Source of the DNA: Mycobacterium phage Aziz
Direction: 5' to 3' (one strand)
Length of the DNA: 24,000 nt
Sequence record: MT658802.1
Of this stretch, positions 1 to 8,270 are shown one piece after another. The number at the start of each line of letters is the position of its first letter. Positions within the stretch are counted from its first letter, which is position 1. The notes under the pieces are model-generated. The model had not been told where the DNA came from. It saw only the letters and a list, made by a program, of their open reading frames with translations, and made no database searches. Made by a program: the position numbers and the translations under genes.

Positions 1-64
1 ACCTTGGGAGCCCTGGAACATCGTCGGACTATGTGGCCACGGCACTACAGGCTGCCATGGTTGG

Positions 65-283
65 GTGGAATCTAACCCCCTGGCAGCTGCAGCTACTGGC
101 TGGCATGTTCGGCCATGGGAAGACCCCCGAACCGTCATCCCAATTCCTCTGTGGAAGTCGGGGGTACACGGCGGATCAGATTCTGCTGGACGAGGCTCTG
201 ACCAGCTAGAACGCTTCCTGTATTCACCTCTTGAGCCCCCTTATTCTGATTACATCGACACCAGCGACGACTGGTTTCCCTGA
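65..283 (+). CDS. Hypothetical small protein
   Basis: Open frame of 72 aa upstream of ssb; no recognised motif, weak start. Confidence 0.3.
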   Translation: MESNPLAAAATGWHVRPWEDPRTVIPIPLWKSGVHGGSDSAGRGSDQLERFLYSPLEPPYSDYIDTSDDWFP

Positions 284-303
284 CCCCAAGCGAAGCGAGA
301 CAC

Positions 304-741
304 ATGTCCCTGACACTTCCCATCGTCACCATCGAAGGCACCCTGACTGCCGACCCCGATCTGCGGTTCACGCAGAGCAGCACTGCTGTGGCGAACCTGA
401 ACATCGCGTGCAACACCCGCCGCAAGAACCCGCAGACCGACCAGTGGGAGGACGGCGACACCACGTTCGTGCGCGGCACCGTCTGGAAGAAGCTGGCCGA
501 GAACGTCGCTGACTCGCTGAAGAAGGGCGACCGCGTTCTGGCGCAGGGCACCCTGAAGCAGAACAACTTCGAGGACAAGCAGGGCAACAAGCGTTCGACG
601 CTGGAGCTGGAGATCACCGACATCGGTGCATCGCTGCGCTTCGCCACTGCGACCACGGAGCGTTCGTCGGGCGGCAATGGCGGCGGTGGCCGTCAGCAGG
701 CCAACCCCGGCTGGGGCGACGGAGACGCCGACGGCTGGTGA
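304..741 (+). CDS. ssb: Single-stranded DNA-binding protein
   Basis: Translation MSLTLPIVTIEGTLTADPDLRFTQSSTAVANLNIACNTRR...TFVRGTVWKKLAENVADSLKKGDRVLAQGTL with Gly-rich linker and acidic tail, typical bacterial/phage SSB OB fold. Confidence 0.95.
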   Translation: MSLTLPIVTIEGTLTADPDLRFTQSSTAVANLNIACNTRRKNPQTDQWEDGDTTFVRGTVWKKLAENVADSLKKGDRVLAQGTLKQNNFEDKQGNKRSTLELEITDIGASLRFATATTERSSGGNGGGGRQQANPGWGDGDADGW

Positions 742-831
742 TCAGCCACTGAGCTTGTGAACTGAACCGGTGAAAGGCCGGTGCCAAACATTCGAATGGC
801 ACCGGCCTTTCGTGTCTCACAAGGAGATTCA

Positions 832-1389
832 ATGGCGCGACTAACCCCCGCCCAGGCCCGCAAGAAGCACCAGTCCACCTTCGATGAGTTCTGGACCGCG
901 TACCCGCGCCACACTCATATCAACGAGGCCTCGAACGAGTGGGCGAAGCTGATGGAGACCGGTCGGGATCCGCTCCCGATCATCGGCGCTGCACGGCGCT
1001 ACGCCGCCACCGTGGCCGGTACGGACATGAAGTACGTTCCCGGCCCGCACAACTGGCTCAAGGCAGGCCAGTACGACGACGCGGACCTCTTCCAGGACGA
1101 GCGACAGGCTCAGGTCACTTGGCTCAAGCAGATGTGGAAGACCGCCAACGTCAAGGCGGTCGAGAACAAGTACCACATCACCATGCCGAAGCAGTACCCA
1201 CCGGACGAGATGACCGATCCGCAGGCCATCGAGTTCTGGTACCGGGAGCAGGCCCGCTCCTGGATCACTGAGATGTACAAGGAGAAGTTCGAGAAGTGTC
1301 CGACGGACCCCAGCCTGCCCACGACGAACGAGCCGAGCAGTCCGTCATCGGAGCAATCCTCCTCCAGCCAAATGTCTTTGGCGATCTAA
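832..1389 (+). CDS. Hypothetical protein, possibly a helicase loader/replisome accessory protein
   Basis: ATG at 832 preceded by AAGGAG; lies between ssb and the dnaB-like gene; sequence FDEFWTAYPRH...AARRYAATVAG...YVPGPHNWLKAGQYDDAD resembles DnaT/replisome-organizer-type phage proteins. Confidence 0.65.
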   Translation: MARLTPAQARKKHQSTFDEFWTAYPRHTHINEASNEWAKLMETGRDPLPIIGAARRYAATVAGTDMKYVPGPHNWLKAGQYDDADLFQDERQAQVTWLKQMWKTANVKAVENKYHITMPKQYPPDEMTDPQAIEFWYREQARSWITEMYKEKFEKCPTDPSLPTTNEPSSPSSEQSSSSQMSLAI

Positions 1390-2585
1390 AGGGTCTTCGC
1401 GGAGAGCACTTCTACCGGCCTACGCATGAGTACATCTACTCCGTGTTGCAGCGGATGTACTTGGATGGCACCGAGATTGACGCCATCACGTTGTTCGCGG
1501 AGCTGGAGAAGGACGGCAAGCTCCGTCGGGTCGGTGGAGCGCCGTACCTCGCGACTCTTCTTGAGTCCTGCACTACTCCGAAGAATGCGGGCTACTACGC
1601 CAACATCGTCATCGAGAAGTGGAAGCTCCGCAAGGTCAACGAACTGGGCCAGCGGTTCCAAGCTCTCGACGCCGATGATGTCTCCGACATCCCCATGGTG
1701 CTCGACGCTGCCCGTACGTTCCTGGACGAGGTCGATGACCAGCAGGACATGGACGCGGTCAACTTCCGTGACCTCTACACCATGTGGACTGAGGCCCAAG
1801 AGGATGACCGGCCAGCCATCGAGTCGCCGTTCATCGGGATGAATGACCGTCTGGCAGGCGGATTCCAGCGCCAGCGGCTCTACGTCATCGGTGCGCGACC
1901 CGGCTGCGGTAAGACCATCATGGGTGCCCAGCTGGCCCTGTACGCGGCGCAGCTGCACTACAAGTCCCTCGTCTTCTCCCTGGAGCTGTCCAAGGAGGAT
2001 CTGATGGGCCGGATCCTCGCCTGCGGTGCCCGTGCCGACTACGGCCAGATCACTGCCAAGCGGATGTCGGCAGAGACCATGGCGAAGGTCAGCCGGTGGG
2101 CTGGGGCCGCAGCGGAGCTGACGCTCGAGGTGGACGACCGACCGGATCACACCATCGAGTCCATCGCGCAGGCGTGCCGGATCAAGAAGCAGCGTGAGGG
2201 CCTGGACTTCGTGTTCATCGACTACCTGCAGCTGATCGAGTCGTCCAAGGGGCAGAACCGTGTTGAGGCTGTGGACCACATGGCCACTCGCGCACGGCAT
2301 ATCGCACGAAAGCTGGACTGTGTAGTGGTCGTGGCCGCACAGCTCAACCGAAAGATCGAGGACAACGGCGGCAAGCCCCGGCTGCCCGTGAAGTCCGACT
2401 TCCGCGAATCGGGTGGCATCGAGCAGACCGCTGATGCCGCAATCGTCCTCTCCCGACCGGTGGACGAAAACGGAGAAGAGGCCGACAAGATGCCCATGAT
2501 GAACGTGACGTTCGTGAAGAACCGAACCGGGGTCGAGGGAACCATGCAGCTCCGCGAGCGGTTCGATCTGGCGATGTTCCAGTGA
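1296..2585 (+). CDS. Replicative DNA helicase, DnaB family
   Basis: N-terminal DnaB domain (AEQSVIGAILLQPNVFGDL), Walker A GARPGCGKT, VFIDYLQLI Walker B, AQLNRKIED. Overlaps the upstream ORF by 94 nt. Confidence 0.95.
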   Translation: MSDGPQPAHDERAEQSVIGAILLQPNVFGDLKGLRGEHFYRPTHEYIYSVLQRMYLDGTEIDAITLFAELEKDGKLRRVGGAPYLATLLESCTTPKNAGYYANIVIEKWKLRKVNELGQRFQALDADDVSDIPMVLDAARTFLDEVDDQQDMDAVNFRDLYTMWTEAQEDDRPAIESPFIGMNDRLAGGFQRQRLYVIGARPGCGKTIMGAQLALYAAQLHYKSLVFSLELSKEDLMGRILACGARADYGQITAKRMSAETMAKVSRWAGAAAELTLEVDDRPDHTIESIAQACRIKKQREGLDFVFIDYLQLIESSKGQNRVEAVDHMATRARHIARKLDCVVVVAAQLNRKIEDNGGKPRLPVKSDFRESGGIEQTADAAIVLSRPVDENGEEADKMPMMNVTFVKNRTGVEGTMQLRERFDLAMFQ

Positions 2586-2929
2586 GCAAGCTGTGGCAGC
2601 GGGCCGACGAGTGGACTGAGCACGCCCCGTGTGCGGAGCAGATCGAGTTCATCATCAGCCCCGAGGAGCTGGGGCCGGTGCGTACGGCGGCGGTGAAGGC
2701 GACGTGTGGGACATGCCCGGTGCGCCCCGAGTGCATCAAGCTGAACGTGCAGCCGCTGCCGGTGTTCGACAAGCCCAGGATCAAGCTGGCGTCCCACGCA
2801 ATGTGGGTGGCTGGGGAGTGGCTTCCAGACCTCACCAAGCAAACCTCCGAGGAGCTGGAGGCAAAGCGCCAGCAGCTGATCGATAGCTTGCCAATGGAAG
2901 AAGCTCGACGCCCTTATAGCATGCGCTGA
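2582..2929 (+). CDS. WhiB-like Fe-S transcription factor (divergent)
   Basis: Four Cys in WhiB spacing: HAPC...TCGTCPVRPEC (C-x2-C-x5-C), degenerate MWVAGEW in place of the G(V/I)WGG turn; 4-bp ATGA overlap with the helicase gene. Confidence 0.75.
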   Translation: MSKLWQRADEWTEHAPCAEQIEFIISPEELGPVRTAAVKATCGTCPVRPECIKLNVQPLPVFDKPRIKLASHAMWVAGEWLPDLTKQTSEELEAKRQQLIDSLPMEEARRPYSMR

Positions 2930-3123
2930 GTGTGATACATGTCCCAGGGTTGGGACACCTGTCAAGTAGCTATATTCCGCATTTTGGATGCGTATTTTCC
3001 GCGCCAGACTTGTCGGACCTCGCCCGTACTGTGACGGACGCGCCGTGGCTGGGTGGTTGACCTGTCAAGAACGTCAGGTTAACCGACCCCCGACACGGAG
3101 CAGAACTAGAAAGTAGCTGGAAG

Positions 3124-3525
3124 TTGAGCCGCACCCGTAAGTCAGCTAAGGCAGCTGGATCGACGTTTGAGCGTCAGATCGCAGATTGCTTGCGAGATGC
3201 ACTGTGTGACCCCAACATTCAGCGCGCACCACTGTGGGGAGCCGTCGACAAGGGCGACATAGTTAACGTGAGGATCGACGGGCATGACTTAGTTATACAG
3301 ACTAAGAACGTAACCAAATTAGATCTTCCCAAAGGCGTCGGAGACGCTAAAGTTCAAGCGGTGAACGCAGAGGCTCTCGCGGGCCTGTTCATTCACAAGC
3401 GGCACGGCAAGGGCGACCCCATGGACCAATGGGTTAGCTGTACGGTCGCAGAGTTAGTAGCACTAATCACCAAGGTGCCGGTACACGCCCGCACTGCGGA
3501 AGGGATAGAGGGGAGGCGGGATTGA
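3124..3525 (+). CDS. Putative Holliday-junction-resolvase-like / PDDEXK-type nuclease
   Basis: KSAKAAGSTFERQIADCLRD...DKGDIVNVRIDGHDLVIQTKNV: E...D-(x)n-Q/ExK arrangement seen in small phage resolvases; TTG start. Confidence 0.6.
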   Translation: MSRTRKSAKAAGSTFERQIADCLRDALCDPNIQRAPLWGAVDKGDIVNVRIDGHDLVIQTKNVTKLDLPKGVGDAKVQAVNAEALAGLFIHKRHGKGDPMDQWVSCTVAELVALITKVPVHARTAEGIEGRRD

Positions 3526-4154
3526 CCGCCACACTGGAAGACAGCAGCAACGGATTCGACTGGCGCACCCGGTCGGTATGTACTGCGGAGGACTTCGACA
3601 TGTCGTTCGACAGTGTCGAGGATCTGATTGAGAACGGCATGGCCAAGGAAGAAGCTCACATCTTCTGCGCCACGACCGTCGAGCAGGCCAAGGCGGTATG
3701 CGCCCGCTGCCCTGTGATCAGTCAGTGCCGGGACGACGCATTCTCCCGTGACGAGGAGTACGGCGTCTGGGGCGGAATGGCCCCCCAGGAGCGCAAGCAG
3801 GAGCGCAAGGTCTGGCTCCAGCTCCGTGTAGGCCCCGCAGTTCCCGAGGTCGTCGGGGAGGTTACAGACCCCGATGCGCTCAGCTCGAATCCCGCTGCGA
3901 ATGCGAAGCTCACTCGCCGTAACGAGCGTGCCCGCATCGCCCGCGATCTGATCCTCCTCCAGCCGCATGACTGGAAGACCTGCACGCCCAAGCAGAACGG
4001 GACTCGTACCCGCGAGCAGCACCTGCAGGTCATGGACATGATCCTGGCCAGTCCGAGTGCAACGGCTGAGCAGATCGCAAACCGCATCGGCAAGCGCGGG
4101 GAGTACGTGAACTCCATGCTCCGCGAAGCCTGTGCGGCGCTCGACATCGCGTAG
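3522..4154 (+). CDS. WhiB-family transcriptional regulator
   Basis: Cys residues including CARCPVISQC followed by YGVWGGM, plus a C-terminal helix-turn-helix-like extension. Confidence 0.88.
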   Translation: MTATLEDSSNGFDWRTRSVCTAEDFDMSFDSVEDLIENGMAKEEAHIFCATTVEQAKAVCARCPVISQCRDDAFSRDEEYGVWGGMAPQERKQERKVWLQLRVGPAVPEVVGEVTDPDALSSNPAANAKLTRRNERARIARDLILLQPHDWKTCTPKQNGTRTREQHLQVMDMILASPSATAEQIANRIGKRGEYVNSMLREACAALDIA

Positions 4155-4163
4155 CGCCATCCT

Positions 4164-4205
4164 CAAGGGCGGGGACTGGATTTTCGGATTCGGTTCCCGC
4201 CCTTG
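4164..4205 (+). terminator. Inverted repeat, possible terminator
   Basis: CAAGGGCGGG (4164-4173) and CCCGCCCTTG (4196-4205), 10-bp perfect, just after the WhiB ORF; no clear T-tract. Confidence 0.5.
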
Positions 4206-4247
4206 GTGTTTCACTGACACGAACAAGGTAGTACAATGCTTGGTACA

Positions 4248-4403
4248 ATGGAAGTGACCGAAGTTGAGCCGCGCTCCTTCGGTACCCCCGTAGATGAATC
4301 TGTGACGCCGTCCGAAGCGCCTGCCTACGGGGGTTCTTCTTATTCGGACACTCCCATCATTTTCTGCCGCCGCCGTCGGCTGTGGCGTTCCGCCTGGCTC
4401 TGA
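4248..4403 (+). CDS. Possible small protein (51 aa)
   Basis: ATG..TGA frame MEVTEVEPRSFGTPVDESVTPSEAPAYGGSSYSDTPIIFCRRRRLWRSAWL, below the ORF-track length cutoff. Confidence 0.3.
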   Translation: MEVTEVEPRSFGTPVDESVTPSEAPAYGGSSYSDTPIIFCRRRRLWRSAWL

Positions 4404-4417
4404 CCAGGCAATTCCTT

Positions 4418-4448
4418 CCTGTAATCACCTCTTACGGCCCCGTACCGT
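4418..4448 (+). promoter_or_regulatory. Putative promoter, recurrent motif copy 1
   Basis: CCTGTAATCAC then 14 nt then TACCGT; first start codon of the next gene is at 4454. Confidence 0.6.
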
Positions 4449-4453
4449 AATGG

Positions 4454-4681
4454 GTGATGAGCGACATTCACTGGGGCGGAAGCGTTTCCGAGTCTGGACA
4501 GATCCAGGTTCTTCAGGAGCAGCTGACCGCTGAGCGTGCCAAGGTGCAGGCTGTCCGCGACCTCGTGCAGGGGTGGATGGATGACGCCGGTCCAGACTCT
4601 CATGCCGAGAATGTGTTCGGCCAGCAGGTCATTTCGGTCGGCCACATCCACAAGGTGATCATGGGGTTGATCGATGCGTGA
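4454..4681 (+). CDS. Hypothetical protein
   Basis: MMSDIHWGGSVSESGQIQVLQEQLTAERAKVQAVRDLVQGW...; directly downstream of the promoter motif, overlaps the next ORF. Confidence 0.7.
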   Translation: MMSDIHWGGSVSESGQIQVLQEQLTAERAKVQAVRDLVQGWMDDAGPDSHAENVFGQQVISVGHIHKVIMGLIDA

Positions 4682-5132
4682 ACCCGATCTGGTACTGACC
4701 CGCAATAACGGCACGGTGTACCTCAACCGTTGGCATGTGATCCCGCGCAACCGGTTCTTCAACATCTACCTGCATGAGTTTCTGGGCAGCGATGACGACC
4801 GGGCGCTGCACGACCACCCATGGTGGTTCGCGAGCCTCATCCTCAAGGGCGGGTATTGGGAGCACCACGAGGACTGCTGGATGACCTGGCGTGGTCGGGG
4901 ATCCTTCGCGATCCGCAGGGCGAAGACCGCTCACCGCGTGGAGCTGGACACCACCGTGGACTACGAAGCAGCGCTCGACGGCACGCCGTTCTTGGAGCTG
5001 CAGCGCCGCGAAAAGCCAGCTTGGACACTCGTTTTCACCGGACCCAAGATCCGCTCATGGGGATTCCACTGCCCACAGGGCTGGATCCACTGGCGGCGAT
5101 TCGACAAGCGCAACGGATGTGGAGAGAAATGA
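4674..5132 (+). CDS. Conserved-type phage protein, cupin-like
   Basis: LHEFLGSDDDRALHDHPWWFASLILKGGYWEH...TGPKIRSWGFHCPQGWIHWRRF; HDHP motif as in small cupin-fold phage proteins. Confidence 0.75.
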   Translation: MREPDLVLTRNNGTVYLNRWHVIPRNRFFNIYLHEFLGSDDDRALHDHPWWFASLILKGGYWEHHEDCWMTWRGRGSFAIRRAKTAHRVELDTTVDYEAALDGTPFLELQRREKPAWTLVFTGPKIRSWGFHCPQGWIHWRRFDKRNGCGEK

Positions 5133-5452
5133 CCGAGCAGGAACTCAAGGAACGCGTGCTCAAGCTGCGCCTTGATCTGGTCGCTGCCGAGGCTGAGCTG
5201 GACGCGTTCCGGCAGTCGGACGCGCACTTCCCCGAGCACACCGTGTTGATCGAGAAGACCACGGACATATGCCCGGTCGTGCTGGTCCGTACACGCCGGT
5301 ACCGCGACCGTAATGGGCACGCCGTCGCAGACAAGGGATCTGCGTGGATCGCCATCCATAGGGATGGATCCCACACGTTCTACGAGACCCGAGACGACTT
5401 CGTCGCCAACCAGGGCGGCACCGGCACGTTTGAGGAGGTTTACCGCCCGTGA
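5129..5452 (+). CDS. Hypothetical protein
   Basis: ATG preceded by GGAGAG; MTEQELKERVLKLRLDLVAAEAELDAFRQ... Confidence 0.75.
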   Translation: MTEQELKERVLKLRLDLVAAEAELDAFRQSDAHFPEHTVLIEKTTDICPVVLVRTRRYRDRNGHAVADKGSAWIAIHRDGSHTFYETRDDFVANQGGTGTFEEVYRP

Positions 5453-5730
5453 GCGCAGAGATCATCACCGAGGACGACGCCCTGGCCGAGATCGAGGCCG
5501 AGCAGCGTGAGGCAGGTGTCGAGGCTGACGAGGTCAAGGACCGGCTGAACAAGAATCTCTCCTCCGACGAGGAGACGCCGGAAGAGGCTGCGGCCAAGGA
5601 CAAGTTCCACCGGATCCCGAACCGCACCATGCGGCGCAACCTGACCCGGCTGCGTGGCGAGGTCAAGTCGAACCGGTCCCGTATCCGCCGCCGCGTCTAC
5701 CGCGTCCGCGACTACTACGAGGCCAAGTGA
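5449..5730 (+). CDS. Hypothetical protein
   Basis: GTGA overlap chain; MSAEIITEDDALAEIEAEQ... Confidence 0.75.
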   Translation: MSAEIITEDDALAEIEAEQREAGVEADEVKDRLNKNLSSDEETPEEAAAKDKFHRIPNRTMRRNLTRLRGEVKSNRSRIRRRVYRVRDYYEAK

Positions 5731-5912
5731 GCCCGACTCTCAGCCCCGAGCACACCAACGTGCGCCTGGCCATCCGTGACCATCTGGTCCAGCAGCGTGC
5801 CGATCTCCTGCGGGAGCAGCGCGAAGCCGAGTTCAAGGTCAAGACGCACACGGTCGCCATCGAGGCCACCACGGACATCATCGACGCAATCGACAGGATC
5901 GGACAGAAGTGA
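5727..5912 (+). CDS. Hypothetical protein
   Basis: Overlap chain; MSPTLSPEHTNVRLAIRDHLVQQRADLLREQ... Confidence 0.7.
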   Translation: MSPTLSPEHTNVRLAIRDHLVQQRADLLREQREAEFKVKTHTVAIEATTDIIDAIDRIGQK

Positions 5913-6502
5913 GCGCAGGCGAAGTCATCACCACCAGCAGCACTGGTGCGCAGAAGGCGGGGAACCTCGAGCGGTTCGACCTGATCCCCGTCGAGGCCCA
6001 ACGCGAGCTGGCCGAACACTTCGGTCGCGGCGCACTCAAGTACGCCGACCGCAACTGGGAGAAGGGCTACGAGTGGGGCAAGTCCTACGCAGCCCTGTGC
6101 CGTCACCTGACGCAGTTCTGGGCCGGTGAGGACATCGACCCCGAGACCGGGTCGAAGCACATCATCGCGGTCGCCTGGCACGCATTCGTGTTGGCCACCT
6201 TCATGGATCGGTTCCCTGAGTTCGATGACCGTGCGGTGGTCGGAGCGAAGATCGTCGCCGCCATGGACGCGATGACCGGTGGGGATCCCCGTGAGACCAC
6301 CACACTGGAGCCCGAGTGGACCCGTAAGTACGAGTGGTGCGTCAACAACGACAGCCAGTATCCGTACAAGTGGCGTGAGGGAAACCGTGGCGAGGGCTGG
6401 TACTTCGAGTACCCCGCCGACAGTGGCAACTGGAGCTGGTCCACTGAGAACCGCAATCCCGGCGCGAACCTCAACTTGTACGACCGGTACACCCGAGTGT
6501 GA
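5909..6502 (+). CDS. Phage protein with dATP/dGTP diphosphohydrolase N-terminal-like (DUF5664-type) domain
   Basis: RFDLIPVEAQRELAEHFGRGALKYADRNWEKGYEWGKSYAALCRHLTQFWAGEDIDPETGSKHIIAVAWHAFVL is the characteristic motif string of this phage family. Confidence 0.75.
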   Translation: MSAGEVITTSSTGAQKAGNLERFDLIPVEAQRELAEHFGRGALKYADRNWEKGYEWGKSYAALCRHLTQFWAGEDIDPETGSKHIIAVAWHAFVLATFMDRFPEFDDRAVVGAKIVAAMDAMTGGDPRETTTLEPEWTRKYEWCVNNDSQYPYKWREGNRGEGWYFEYPADSGNWSWSTENRNPGANLNLYDRYTRV

Positions 6503-6654
6503 TCACCGCCGCTGTCGCGCTGCTGTCACTCCTCCTTGGGGTGGCAGTGGCCGACCTGGTCGCACAGGCCGTAATCATCTGGAAGATCAACGATCTCGCT
6601 TCCTGTAATCACCCTGGAACGCGAGATACGTTGTCGGATATGGAGAATCAATGA
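6499..6654 (+). CDS. Small predicted membrane protein
   Basis: GTG start overlapping TGA of the previous gene; VITAAVALLSLLLGVAVADLVAQAVIIWKINDLA... stops inside the next gene's ATGA. Confidence 0.6.
   Translation: MITAAVALLSLLLGVAVADLVAQAVIIWKINDLASCNHPGTRDTLSDMENQ
6602..6632 (+). promoter_or_regulatory. Putative promoter, recurrent motif copy 2
   Basis: CCTGTAATCAC, 14 nt, TACGTT; ATG of the next gene at 6651. Confidence 0.6.
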
Positions 6655-7451
6655 GCGCCAAGATCCTGGTACTCGACATCGAGCGTCAGTCGGCCCTCGT
6701 TGACGGCGTGTGGGAGGGCAAGCAGTTCTCGACATGGGTCGACCCGTCCCGTGTCATCGAACCCGCCCGCACCATCTGCTTTGCCTACCAGTGGCTCCAC
6801 GAAGGCAAGACCCGCTTCGTGTCCGAGTGGGACGGCGGATTCCAGCAGGACAACCAGGCTCACACGCCTGGTGGTGGTCATCAGCTGATGATCCAGAAGG
6901 CCCGCGACCTGTTCGATGAGGCCGACTACATCGTCGGATTCAACTCGAAGAACTTCGACGTGAAGTACCTCCGCGCCGACATGTGGATGTACAACCTGCT
7001 GCAGCCAGCTCCGCACACCGACATCGACCTGATGCAGCAGGCCACCAAGAACTTCAAGCTGTACGCCAAGTCGATGAAGTACCTGGCCAAGGTGAAGGCC
7101 ATGGAGGGCAAGGAGCAGACCGAGAAGGGGCTGTGGCGCAAGCTGCGGTTCGCCGACGGTGACGTTCTTCGCCGCGCTCAGCGCTCCATGAAGAAGTACA
7201 ACATGCGCGACGTGGACCAGACCATCGAGATCTTCGAAGACATGCGTGGCTGGCTGTCGGGCATGAACCTGGGCCTCTACGAGAACGGGCTGGGTCCGTT
7301 CTGCCCGAACTGCGCCTCGGAGGACATCCAGTACCGAGGGTGGGCCGGGAACCGTACGTACAAGTATCGCCGCTTCCAGTGCAACAAGTGCGGCAAGTGG
7401 GGCCGGGACTCCAAGTCGTTCGAGTCCATCTCCGCTCTCGGAATCGCTTAG
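6651..7451 (+). CDS. Putative RNase H-like 3'-5' exonuclease with C-terminal zinc ribbon
   Basis: ILVLDIERQSAL (DxE), IVGFNSKNFDVKYL, Y-x3-D-like MRDVDQTIEIFEDM, and CPNC...CNKC zinc ribbon. Confidence 0.75.
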   Translation: MSAKILVLDIERQSALVDGVWEGKQFSTWVDPSRVIEPARTICFAYQWLHEGKTRFVSEWDGGFQQDNQAHTPGGGHQLMIQKARDLFDEADYIVGFNSKNFDVKYLRADMWMYNLLQPAPHTDIDLMQQATKNFKLYAKSMKYLAKVKAMEGKEQTEKGLWRKLRFADGDVLRRAQRSMKKYNMRDVDQTIEIFEDMRGWLSGMNLGLYENGLGPFCPNCASEDIQYRGWAGNRTYKYRRFQCNKCGKWGRDSKSFESISALGIA

Positions 7452-7459
7452 GAGACAAC

Positions 7460-7702
7460 ATGACCGTTGAGATCGCCGCATTCGCGCCCGCATCCATCGA
7501 CATCGTCGCACTGTGGCCCATCGGCTTCGACTGGAACTTCCACAATGTTCCCGTCGACCGGCTCGATGAGTTCTTCGACTACATGGCCAGCGAAGACGGC
7601 AAGCAGATCCGCAAGAACGTGATCGCGCAGTGGCTGCTCGCTTCGGGCGGTTGCACTGTGGCCGAGTACAACTCGGTTGTGCGTGAGGTTCTGGCACCGT
7701 GA
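7460..7702 (+). CDS. Hypothetical protein
   Basis: ATG preceded by AGGAGA; MTVEIAAFAPASIDIVALWPIG... Confidence 0.75.
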   Translation: MTVEIAAFAPASIDIVALWPIGFDWNFHNVPVDRLDEFFDYMASEDGKQIRKNVIAQWLLASGGCTVAEYNSVVREVLAP

Positions 7703-7914
7703 GCATCCGCACCGAGGACATCCCGCTGATCAAGCAGCTCGAGGACGTGCTGGTGGGGGAGTTGGACCGCCAGTACCTCGATGGTGAGATCGAGTCCGAC
7801 TCCACCGGTTCGGCTCACTTTGACGCTGTCGACGGTGAGATCACCGGCAAGCCCGACTGGTTCAAGGTCGTCAGGGCGGTCGTGGAAGCGCTATGGGAGG
7901 AAGAGGGTCGATGA
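7699..7914 (+). CDS. Hypothetical protein
   Basis: GTGA overlap; MSIRTEDIPLIKQLEDVLVGELDRQYL... Confidence 0.75.
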   Translation: MSIRTEDIPLIKQLEDVLVGELDRQYLDGEIESDSTGSAHFDAVDGEITGKPDWFKVVRAVVEALWEEEGR

Positions 7915-8018
7915 GCACGATCTTCGCAGCGCTGCTACTGATCGTCCTGCTGAGTCTCGGAGCGGTCGTGATCGGGGTTGGCATCGCCAGCCTGGTCCTG
8001 GGGCTGGAGCGCCGCTGA
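7911..8018 (+). CDS. Small predicted membrane protein (35 aa)
   Basis: ATGA overlap; MSTIFAALLLIVLLSLGAVVIGVGIASLVLGLERR. Confidence 0.6.
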   Translation: MSTIFAALLLIVLLSLGAVVIGVGIASLVLGLERR

Positions 8019-8200
8019 TGACCAGCCTGTTCATGCTCTTGGGCTGCGCCCTCGCCTTCACAGGTATGGGCATCTTCATCTACGACGCGGCCACGATGCC
8101 GGTCGCGCCGCCGCCCATCGAGATCATCGTCATCCTCGTACTCATCTTCGGTGGCCTACTCACCATGGTGGGCGCGCTGATCAGCGAGGCATCCCGCTGA
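8018..8200 (+). CDS. Small predicted membrane protein
   Basis: TGATG overlap; MTSLFMLLGCALAFTGMGIFIYDAATMPVAPPPIEIIVILVLIFGGLLTMVGALISEASR, two hydrophobic helices. Confidence 0.7.
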   Translation: MTSLFMLLGCALAFTGMGIFIYDAATMPVAPPPIEIIVILVLIFGGLLTMVGALISEASR

Positions 8201-8262
8201 TGGCCATCGTCGCCGCCTACATCCTCATCATCTGCATCCTCTACCGCGTACTTAGTCCCTAG
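8200..8262 (+). CDS. Very small predicted membrane peptide (20 aa)
   Basis: TGATG overlap with previous gene; MAIVAAYILIICILYRVLSP. Confidence 0.45.
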   Translation: MAIVAAYILIICILYRVLSP

Positions 8263-8270
8263 GAGTAACC

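Noticed and set aside
1386-2300. Long minus-strand ORF (304 aa) opposite the DnaB gene
   Set aside because: High-GC shadow frame; the + strand DnaB motifs are unambiguous and the minus translation is low-complexity Arg/Leu/Val without motifs.
3393-4226. Minus-strand ORF of 277 aa
   Set aside because: Antisense to the WhiB gene, whose Cys motif is convincing.
4163-4855. Repeat TCAAGGGCGGG at 4163 and ~4838
   Set aside because: The second copy is in coding sequence (LILKGG) and short; likely chance.
6648-7805. Long minus-strand ORF (385 aa)
   Set aside because: Antisense to the exonuclease-like gene and its neighbours, which have start/stop overlaps and recognisable motifs; composition typical of a shadow ORF.
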